This document shows positions 53,246-64,000 of a stretch of DNA of 64,000 nt, piece after piece; the first letter of the stretch is position 1; each line of letters begins with the position of its first letter. The DNA lies in assembly GCF_009914755.1 (NCBI RefSeq), contig NC_060927.1; one strand, written 5' to 3'. Made by a program: the position numbers and the translations under genes. The stretch comes from the human T2T-CHM13v2.0 reference genome, Homo sapiens. Under the pieces are notes generated by a model that saw only the letters and a program-made list of their open reading frames with translations, had not been told where the DNA came from and ran no database searches.

Positions 53246-56015
53246 TTAATGAAGTTAAAGACTAGTTGACCCTTTTTCCCCTGTTTCACTATTCTTGGAC
53301 TTTCAAATGTGCAAACAATTCTTCTTCTTTTCCTCCTCTTCTTCTTTTTTTTTTTTTTTTTTTCCCTTTTCTGTATTTTAGGATTTGGGTGAATGCATTG
53401 GCATTTTTTTTTCCTACATAAAAAGTATTTTTGTTGCTGAAGTTCTGACCCGGGCCTTCCCTCCTAAATAGCCCCTGTTGATTTTCTCTAACCTCTGAGA
53501 TGAGGGAAGGTACAGATTTGATGCTGTCCAACTGGTTCCCTGCAACTGGGCAGCCCTGAGGTGCTGATGTCAATTAATGACCAGAGTAGAAGGCAGTGTT
53601 TGACTGGCATTCTCCGCTGCTTTCCCCTGCTGCATAGTAATCCATGGAAGACGTGGTGCAGGGGGCTTCCATGAGCTATCTGAGCAGTGGCACCAGCATA
53701 ACTGCACTGCTTTGGCCCTCTAGGTCAGGGGATAGCAGCTACTGACATCACCCTGGCCTCACTAGGTAACCACAGGCCCAGCCAAAAATCCACAGTGGCC
53801 CCTAAGGCACAATAGCCCCCATGCATTTTATCCTAAGTATACTTGTTTTGGGTGCCTTTTAGGTAAGCCTTGGGATAAAGGCCCTCAAAGCATTGAAGTT
53901 TTTACTAATCAGGGGACTTGCAGAGCTAACTCTTAATGATTTATCCTCTAAATATCCAGGCACTAAACACTTCTTCCTCCCTACCTTTGGTTCTGTTGGC
54001 CACTTATCCATACCTTCCATGGGAGGGAAGGTAAAAGGATGTCAGACCGAGCAAAAGAGAGCAGATTGAAATACAAATGGGTCATTTTGATTTCTTGTCA
54101 GCCGCTCTTGCAAAAGGGTTGGGGGTGTGTGTGGAGGGGAGCAGTGGACTGAAAAAGGTTGTCAGCATTTACCAGTGGAGGACACTCAGCACACCCTCCC
54201 CAAGGCCTGCCATAACCACAGGGGTCAGAGTTGGTTGTGATGCCTACAGGATAAACGTCACTGAAACCCTGTGTCCACATCAGTCCCTGGGCTTGCAACC
54301 AAGAGATGGAAGCTCCCCAAACCATGATGACGAGTTCTTCTGGGAAGAATATGAAACCAAGCCTGCCCTGCCATTTATACTACTCTCAGTCTTCCTTCTG
54401 AACATGAAATGTTATTGCTCATATTTCTAGTTTTTCACCAAGCATATTAAATAACCCAGAGAATTTAATAAATGTAGAAACACACCCCCACAAGGACACA
54501 CACATACACAACGTGCTGCCTGCCCTGGGAGTCCTTTCAGCAGGGATCTCCCTGACTCAAGTTGTTCTCAGAAGGAGCCAGGGACATGGGTTTGGGAGTA
54601 AAGTTATCAAAGTCTGAAGTTAACAGGCTGATGCCATCTAAGATTAGCTTCTATGGCTGGTTCTCACTTATACAACGGTTGGAGCAAGGTGCTGGTATGC
54701 AGGGGACAGTAGAGAGCCTGACTAGTTAGGAGATACAAGAGTTTTTGAAGGAGCCCACTTTCCCACAAGATTCAAGAATATTACTGTGATTGCTCTTTCC
54801 TGCTCAGAAGGTTGAACCTGTGTGTTAGCGGATAAATATTTTTGGAACACCTTCCTCAAAGTACCCTTAAAATCCTGATGTATGTGGAGTGTTCTGGAGG
54901 GATGCTCTGTATTTTGCAGCAGCTTCCTTTTCCTAAATCTCCTCTGCCTCTCTCCCATAATGGACGCTCATCTCATGGAGCCCTGTCTGCATAGGCCCAC
55001 CTTTGACAAGGAGATACTGAGGGGAAGCCACGTCTTACTTATTCCAGACAACAATTAGAACTTCATTCAAGCTCTGTGACCTCACCTGAAACTGATGATG
55101 CCTGCTCAGGGTCACTGATGCTGTTTGTGACTTGGCTTTTGGTATCTCTGTCTTTGAGATCTGATATTTATGGAATGTAAGGGCTCTGCTCTGAGCTTGT
55201 CTTCATAGGTCTGTGAAGAAGTTGCTCCCAAGACCCTTTGTGGGAAGAAAGAAGTTAGGATGAAAGGCCTATTGAAAAGCCATTGCTGCTCTCACCTCCC
55301 TGGGAGCACACATTAGTTCTTGTCCCAATAGGGAAGCTCTAGGACCTCTACAGGCTGACAAAGCCATATATTCACAAACACTGAGTGATATGGAGAATAT
55401 AGACCGAGAAACTCTTTGCCCTAAAATATCCAGGTAAATGAGTGGTGCTCAACTGTTTATTAAGCAAATGTCTGCCACAGAAAATCCTGTCTGATCAACA
55501 TTGTTTGGGAGTGGCCCTGCCCAAATACAAATCATGAGGTAGAACTCTCAATGTCATCCTTTTAGGTCTTTCTGTCTGGTCCTGGGAAAGTGTCAGTAGC
55601 ATATGCATTCTAGAATATACTTCCCTTGACTTTCCTATTCTACTCTTCGCCCCCTTTCCTCACCCATCCACCGTGCCCTTCTCAAGAGGAATTCCTCAGT
55701 CCTGTGAGGCATCATGGGTATGGTATACAAACTCCCTTATTAGAGTTTAGTAACCTAGCATTCATATTTTCTTTAAATGCCGTAGTCAACCTTGCACATC
55801 TACCAGGGGAGGTCAGAGTTCATCCTTGCTCACTTCCAGTTGGAGGCGAGGTCAGCCGCCAGCCACCCTTGGAGCTGGTGTGCAGGTTTGGGGCCTCTGA
55901 AGCCCGGGCTTGATGGAGCACCTCACCTGCTGACTCACCCAAGGGTGGTGAGCCCGCCCTCCACATCGCTGTCCCTGACCTGCCATTTTGATTGGTGCAT
56001 TTTTTGGTACAACAG

Positions 56016-56139
56016 GAAGTCATGTTCATGGCATACTCTACGCATGAGAAAGCGGGCGGAAGTGGAGAACACGGGTAAAAATGAAGCCACAGGGCCTCGT
56101 AAACCCAAGGATATTCTGGGCAACAAAGTCTCTGTTAAA
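56016..56139 (+). CDS. KALRN: KALRN coding exon P (long isoforms): KSCSWHTLRMRKRAEVENTG...NKVSVK
   Basis: Acceptor tacaacag, donor AAA|gtgagt; 124 nt, phase 2 to 0, compatible with exon O. Confidence 0.94.
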
Positions 56140-57283
56140 GTGAGTAAGGTATTCCGGAGCTGCGTCCCCACCTGTCATCCACTCCCACCCTGCAGCATTC
56201 TCACAAGCCAATTTGGGTGGATGGGTTATTTTTTTTTTTTCCCAGTATGGGTACCAGAGGGGAAGTAGTTTAGCAGGATTTTGCATGCAAGATCAATTTA
56301 TTTTTTATCTTTTATTTCTCCTGGCAACTTCAATTCAAGTAAGTACCTTTTTTTTCTTTTATACCTTTCTCTTTATACTGTGCAGATGTTTTACAGCAAA
56401 ATTATCTGCAGCATTCTCTTAAAAATGTGAGATGCTTGATTCATATTAAATTTATCAAAGCTGCCATTTGGTACCCTAGGTTTGAGAATACACACAGGGT
56501 AAAGCAATTAGGGATGCCTTCCAAACCCCCAACCCTGTGAAGGCTGAGGTTTGGAATTTAAGGGCCACTGTGTCCTTAGTAAAGTTTCATTTCTTTTCCC
56601 CAGAGTTCAGACAACATCAACTTCAGGCCATTTTACTTGCATGGACACAGTAGGGGGGCACATTGGTGAAGCCCAAATTATTTCTTTAAATAATCCATCT
56701 ACTACTTTGAACTCATGAATTCTAAGCTTGGCAGACTCTTATTTACCCCCATCTTGAAACAATGTCATCTGCTTTCTTTAAATTGGAACCTCTGGAAAGA
56801 TCTGCCAATGGACCAATGGACAATGGAAACTAGACACTGATTATTATAGCACTAATTATGCTATAATGTGTGATCATCTACCTGGAACTTTGTTTCCCTT
56901 CCTTAGCAAAGTAAGAACAACTAAAACCCAGTCTAAGAGATTTCTTGGGGAAAAGAAATTGTATACTCTCCTTCACTCTCATCTGGGAAGTCCAGCCTCA
57001 CAGAAGACAACAGTTTAAATTCGACAACACTCATGCTTCATTTTGCTTCCATTGCTGTTTCCCATGAGATAAGCAGTTGTACACAACCCCCGCCTCCTCT
57101 CCCTGAAAAGAGCATGCTGCTGCCCCTGGTGATTCTCACCCCCACTTTAAAAACACCTGGTTTTTTCTCTGCCCAAGATCCCATCGCCCATGCTTCTCTG
57201 AAGTTCTCCTCTCTCTCTAGCAAAAGCTACTTGTGTTCTAACTGTGTTCTCTTTCTTCCCCCTTCCTCATGCTGCCAATCAAG

Positions 57284-57343
57284 GAGACGAACAGTTCCGA
57301 GGAATCAGAGTGTGATGATCTTGACCCTAATACTAGCATGGAG
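57284..57343 (+). CDS. KALRN: KALRN coding exon Q (long isoforms): ETNSSEESECDDLDPNTSME
   Basis: Pyrimidine tract then atcaag acceptor, donor GAG|gtagaa; 60 nt, phase 0-0. Peptide matches the recalled Kalirin-12 sequence. Confidence 0.88.
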
Positions 57344-59455
57344 GTAGAAGCAGCTATTGTTGTCCTATTTCCTACAATGATTGCCTTTTTTGATGTGTTC
57401 TGTAACAGTGACCTTGCTAAAATGACCAGCCATTCAAAGATAAATTGTGATGTTGGGGCATCTCTGGGTATCCCATCCCAGCTATAAAAGAAACAAACAA
57501 AAACATAATTCAGTTCAGTGTTGGTAGAAAACTCTACCTAGATTTTTTTAAAAAACAAAAACTTGTTATCTTGAATGCTTGCTAAATATTTTCTCCTTTG
57601 GCAGGTTTGACTTTATGTAGAAAATATCCAATTTCATTATTTGAAACTTAGAACACATTTTTTCATGGAAAACAGCACTGTAAAGAGTGGATGAGTCCCA
57701 GCTAAATGACAAGGACTCATTTCGTGTTTAGTTTCTCCCGCTTTTGTTTTCCCCTCCTCCGCTTCTTTTTCTTTAGCCCTTTATCCTCTTCATCTTGCTC
57801 TTCTACTGGGTTTTATTCCCTGCTCAGTGTTCCAGAAAAATAACGGGTGAAGTATGGCACCTGGTTGCTATGTAGAGCTGATAGCAAATAAGGTGTAATT
57901 GTAGCAACTCCAGAGCACACTTCAGCCCAGTGCTGGGCCCGTGAGCAGTGGCTGTGCCCACCGTGTGAAGGAAAAGGAGCCCTGGGGAGGGCCTGTCTCC
58001 TGGAGCCACGGCAGAGGCCTCTCCAGAGATGGTGAGATGGAAACACTGCCCAGGGGACATTTCTCGCACCCCAGGCTTACAGGGATGTGGGAGTGGAACC
58101 AACGCCTGTATCAACAAGAACATCCATTCCACTTCCAACTCCCAGTCTGTTGGGTTATAGAAACGTGGCTCTTACGTGGCTTGCCACTGAGTAACAACCA
58201 TGATAAATTTACAAACCCTAGACAATGAGGGCAAACATGGAGCTGACTTTCCTTGCCATTTTTTCATTCAGAGAATGTTTTTCTCCAGATCTGTGCATCC
58301 ATCTCCAGTAATGGGTACAAGTTTAGAGATTTCTTCTAAGTACAAAATAGACAACATTAAAAAGAAATTTATATCATCCCAAACATTTCACTTAATTAGA
58401 TAGACTTTTATTCTTATTCTAATTTGACCTAATCCCAGAGAAGTCCAGCACCATGTTGTTTCAGCCACCACAAAACCCAAGAGAGATCATGAGGCCTAAG
58501 AGCCGGTAAGTCAGCTGCAGAAGGAGCCAACTGAGTTGAATCAGGCCCGAGGCAATCGGCTGACAATGGGAGTTCTGCCAGGATAGAGTAGTCCCCTGTA
58601 GATGTGGGTATTACCACAGAGCTAAATCTGGTAGGTGTGGCTCAATACGTACCCCACTGTGGGAGAAAGTGGAGGTGGCATTTGTAGCCTAAATGTATCT
58701 TAGAGAACAAGGAAGCCAGGGGAAATTTCAGGCTCTGTTTTCCTTGCATTTCACAGGATAGGCACCAGCTCTCCTGGAGTTCACACCTGTCAGCTTGTAG
58801 ATACTGGGTGGCACCTGTATCCCCAGACCTAAGTATTGCCAGCATGTATTATAGATGTCAGCTGCAAGTGGAGGAAGGCCAGACAGAGGCAGGGGAAAAG
58901 CCAGGTACCTGTGTTCCAGGAAACAATTTAGGACCTTGTCCAGTTCTTGTGGACTAGGGGAGAAGAGTGATGTTCCCACTCTGTAGGAAGAAATGGGCAC
59001 AGAGGGATGTGGGGCCAGGGGAGCAGCACACATTAAGAAAATTAACTGGGGTCATCGAATGCCCCATTCTACACTTAGATAAAAAACATGTGTGTGCATA
59101 TACACATCTTAACTCTGCTTTGCTAATTGAACACATTTTAAAGGTTCTTATTCATCTAAGGCTTTTAGTCCTTTGCATGGGCTGAGTGAGATGGGTCCTC
59201 AGGAGGTGCTGTGGAGTGCATGAGCAAAGACATTAGAATATTCGTGCTGAACAGAGGAAAACCAAAAATTGTGTTGATGCATGTCCGAAAAGTTTTCAAA
59301 TACAGTAGTTGAGACACAAAGTTTCCTTTAGGCACAAACTTTCAAGTAGCTGGAACCTCAAGGAGGCATGTTGTTGGAAGCAGCAATATCCCCAGTATGT
59401 GTGGATGTAGCCCTTATATATTACATATACATCCTTTTAAATTTCAGTGATTGTC

Positions 59456-59755
<300 letters not shown>

Positions 59756-61759
59756 TAAACTTCAGTCATTCTCTGAATGTGTTGCCAGCTTCAAATTAAC
59801 TTTGAGCACATGAGCAAGTCCAGAGGGAAAGCAGGCAACTTGGCACTGCTAGTTTGGTATTTTCAGATGCAAATAAATAAGATATAGAAAGTTAAACTGA
59901 TCAACATGAGTTGAGAATTTTCTCAAGGCATGTGTAAGTAGAACCTTATTGCAATGTACACTGCAGAAGAAGAAAATGATGAGGAGTGCATACTGAAGAG
60001 AGAGGCTATACCTTAAAGATCCAAATTGAAATATAGGTGAGCAGGCCACCTCTTGAAGGCCTCTCACTATTCAAGTGGTCATTTGGGGCATCATTCCCAG
60101 ACCCAGCCTGGCCCCCAACCTCACCCTTGTCTTCTGAACTTGATGCTGCAATGGGCGTTGTCTCTCTGGGAATGTGTCTGTTACTCTTAGTGAGCTGAAT
60201 CCTGTGCTGAGGGTGTCTCTGTTCCTGGAACCCCAGCTGACATAATGGGACCATGCACCCTGTGTGTTCACTCCGTGCTAGATCTCCAGATGTTAAATCC
60301 TGCCCTGACTGACTCCCTTTAACCTGAGGCCAGCCTGTTGATCCCAGCCCTAGCTGTGCATAGGCTCTCATCTCCTGCCTGCATGGGAATGATGTCACCA
60401 AAACATTCTTTACTTTTTCTCAATAAGTGGACCAAATGGTTCCTTTAAGGGCAGTTTCCTGGGGTCTTTACTTACACACTGGCTGCTTGCTACCTTCAGG
60501 CTGGCATTTGTCCCACCATGGTGTTTTGGGGAGATATACAGGCGCATCCTTGAAGGTTAATTAAGAAGAAAATAAAGCACCTTGAATCCTAGGAGTCAGA
60601 TTTACAAAGCTTTCCAAGAATACCCAATTAGGTAAAGGGAGGTAATTCTGCTCTAATGTTTACATCCTTTTCCTTCCCCTGCTTGTGAATGTTTTCAAGT
60701 ACAACTCCTACTCCCAGCAGTACATGCCACACCAATGCCACTGCAAGATTGGCTCTAGGTCTATGCCATCCCCTCGTGGCCAAGTCTCCTGCAGCCAAGT
60801 CTCCTGCTGATCTGTGACCATACCTCATGGAGAACTGTTCTAAAGATGACGAGTATCATCCATAGTTCAGCTTACTTCTTTACCTTGTACTGATTAAACT
60901 TTGGGGTGGGGGTGAAAGGGGGGCATCATACATGAAAGAGATGTTTCTACATGGAAGAAGAGTCAAACCAAGCTGAAAACCAAACACAAGGGTACCTTAG
61001 GAACAGGTTAATAGTAATTCATTTTTTCCAGTAAGGTTAGACTGCCTTGTGCCTTTTGCAGGGCTGAGAACCACATGCCCAGCCACCACCTTTTTCAGTC
61101 TTGTCTCTACCCCGGTATCTGCACTGACACCCCAGGCTCACGTGTTCAGGGTCAGCATCTGGCCTATACTAGGTTTTTCTTAGGACCCAGGTGAGGCAGG
61201 TTTCCACCTTTGAAAAGTTGTCTGAGAACTGTGTCAATGCTCACTTCTGTTTTTGTACCTGCCCCCTAGCCCCAGCATTGCCACCTGCCTACATCACAGG
61301 ATGGGGTTGAAAGTCCTGAACTAGCCTCCCTGACTTGGGCCTTCAAGGATAAGGATTCTCAGCCCAGTTTTTACACCAAGCTCAAGTAATTACATGCATT
61401 TTAACTAAAACAAAACAAAACCCAATACCTCTTGTAGCAGAGAAAGTCAGTTCATCAGAGTGAGAGGTTGTCATCATTCCAAAAAGACCCTGCCTCTGCC
61501 CCAGCCATTCAACATGCCACTGGCCTCATCCACAACACAGACTAAGTGCAGACGTTATCCTCAGTCATATACCAGCCACCAGATATTTAGCTTGGGGAGT
61601 TAAAAACAGTGTTGGGATCTTCTGGGAGAGGGCTCTGAAAGATTAGAGAGAGAAAGCACTTGGGAAGGTGAAGCTGATTTTGGAGGAAATTCCCCATTGG
61701 AGTAAGAATCACACTTTCAGAATAAACAGAACCTGGGAAACATTTAGTTAACCTCTTCA

Positions 61760-61975
61760 TTTATTTATTTTTATGTTTTGTAGTAAAATATACATAACAA
61801 AAATTTACCATTTTAACCATTTTTGAGTGTGTGGTTCAATGGCATTAAGTCCCTTCACAATGTTATACCACCATCACCACTATCCATTTCCAGAACGTTT
61901 TCATCATCGCAAACAGAAATTCTTTAGTGGACCCAGTAAACAACTCTCTATTCCTCTCCATCCCTGCAGCCCCTT
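61760..61975 (-). mobile_element. L1MB-like 3' end fragment
   Basis: gtaaaatatacataacaaaaatttaccattttaaccatttt...ttccagaac matches old L1 3' termini as recalled. Confidence 0.75.
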
Positions 61976-64000
61976 CACCTTTAACAGAGCCACAGGAACT
62001 TGTCCTTTTCTGTTTGAAAACTGGAAGGTGCTCTAGTTTCTGAGGCAGCTTCTGGTTTTTCTGCTTGCTATTCCCCCACCTACACCATCCTGCGGCCACT
62101 TGGTACCCCATCTCCAGGTTGATTTTAACCTAAAACACAGATCCTGGCAGACGAGAAGACCTAACTCCTAGTGCCAATTTTTGTGTATAAGTGTGTTATT
62201 CCATTTTCCAGCTCAATAAAAAGGAATATCATTTCTGCCCATCTTGGCTTTCCGAGGCTGAAGTGTAACTTAAACAAAAACCACAAAGGCAGTATCACAT
62301 GGAAAACTGGAACAGGAGTCAAAAACCTGGATTCTAGTTTGGATACCGCCAGCTATGAGACTGCTGGCCAGTTAGCCTTTCTGAGCCCCAAGTTCCTCTG
62401 GAAAGTTGCACAGCTCCAAGTGTACAGGTGTTTATACAGTGATGTGTAACCCTTTGAGCACCATGCACGTCTAAGGTGTGCTAACAAAGGACTTTGCTCT
62501 CCAGCACTTCTGACTTTGAAAACATTGAGATCCCGACCGAAGAGGACGTGGAAGATTCTGTGCTTTGGCCAGCAATTCACTTTTCAGGGGGTGTGGCGGG
62601 AATGGCCTGGGCAGATTTCCTTCTGAGACTCAACTGGAGTGTCCACTCCTGGCTCTGGGAAGTTTGAGCGGCCAGAGCTGGTACTTTTTTCCTTCCTCAA
62701 ACCTACAGTTCCCTGGCCCGCCTTTCATGTCCTCAGATCTGAAGAGCCAGCCTACTCCCCGCACCCCACTCCCCGCCAACTACCACATCAGCTACTCTGG
62801 CCTCCTTATCCTAGAGCTTCAAAATAACCCGGCCAGACGGATTGAAGGAAACTTTTACACCCCCAGCCAGGTGACCAACCTCCTGGCATCCCCAGTGTGT
62901 GTCCACTGATGCCTGGTTCCGCATTTTATAAAAAGAATTTTTTCATGAAAAGAACCCTTTGGATGAAAAGAAAGTGAAGCATCACATTCCTGTCGTTTTA
63001 TTTTTGCAAAATATTTTCTTTGTAATATATCTGAAGGGTGTGGCTTGAAGACTTCCTGCCTGGCTTTGTTCTGACTCTCCATGCAGACCGATTTATATTC
63101 CGCCACCAAGAGAAGGGAGCTGAGCTTAGTGGCTGCTTCCCTCTCCTGGGAGAATTTTAAGAAGATCGTCCACAGCAGATTCACATCTATTATGCTTTTT
63201 GTTCCTTGCAATTGCCCTGTGAAGTAAGTAGGGTAGAGTTTCTCACCCTCCTGGGGGAAACATGTTCAGGGAGGTCAAGGTCATACAGCTAATAAAAAGA
63301 GCAAGTCTTGATGGTGGTGCTTTGAGAGACCAAACTTAGCATGTGCTGTAGAGGAAGTCTACTCGTATGGCTCAAGTACTTTCTTAACAAGGGTCAGGCT
63401 CAGGCCCTCTTTTGCTGCACATCTGTTTTAGGAGGAGAATTTCTTCAACAACTTTTCAAATCTCTTGACTATTGGGATAATTACTTGGCCTCACCCACGC
63501 CCTTTCTCAATGACTCAAGAGCCCAGCCAGAGCAACCAAGAAAGGAAGTCCAATTACATGAGTTGGAAATGTCTGAACTGGTTTCTCAGGTCAACATAGT
63601 CACTCAGCACGCCCTGTCATGCATGTTCCATCGCACCCTCACCCTAGACTGGGGGCCTAACCCGTTTCGTTTACGTTGTACACTAATGAGATTACAAGGT
63701 ACCATTGACCCAGAAGTTCCTCTAAGAGCCTGCTATTGAAGAAGCAAAGACCATCACCCCCCAACCCCACCCCCATGCTGTCAAAGTTCACTCAGCGTGA
63801 GTTCCTAGTCAGTTCAATTTCACACAATTTGATTAACACAAGGCATTGCAGTGATTATTATGGAGGACTAACGAACAATGTAAGATTGGTTCCCATGCTT
63901 AAGGCTTAAGAAGCATAAGAAGGAGGCAGGTATAAATAAATGCCCATGTTACACAGCAAACTTTAAAACCTGCTCTAACAGTCATGGTGAGGGACTGATT

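Noticed and set aside
56843-56867. Small hairpin ATTATAGCA-N7-TGCTATAAT
   Set aside because: A 9-bp AT-rich stem is too short for a pre-miRNA and is plausible by chance.

Overview
Primate (human-type) genomic DNA: an internal 64 kb segment of KALRN (kalirin RhoGEF kinase) on the + strand. I reconstructed 17 coding exons by hand (10232-57343). All have AG/GT boundaries and compatible phases, and they join into one open frame. That frame encodes the linker after SH3-1, the second RhoA-type DH-PH GEF unit including the FLNALQSPIEYQR extension, SH3-2, and two exons towards the Ig/FN3/kinase C-terminus of Kalirin-12/Duet. The SH3-2 exon is a composite exon: reading through its donor gives an immediate stop and a ~0.8 kb 3'UTR with a strong poly(A) site (Kalirin-9-type end). 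The introns hold about 28 Alu copies, L1, L2, MIR, MLT LTRs, Tigger/MER DNA elements and simple repeats. Almost all other ORFs in the track are repeat-derived or chance. I found no evidence of a new gene family or a prokaryote-type system. The best leads concern isoform regulation, chiefly a cluster of candidate alternative exons at 12.5-12.9 kb that could give GEF2-less C-termini, plus a few unusual repeat structures. Gene and repeat names come from recognition, not from a database search.
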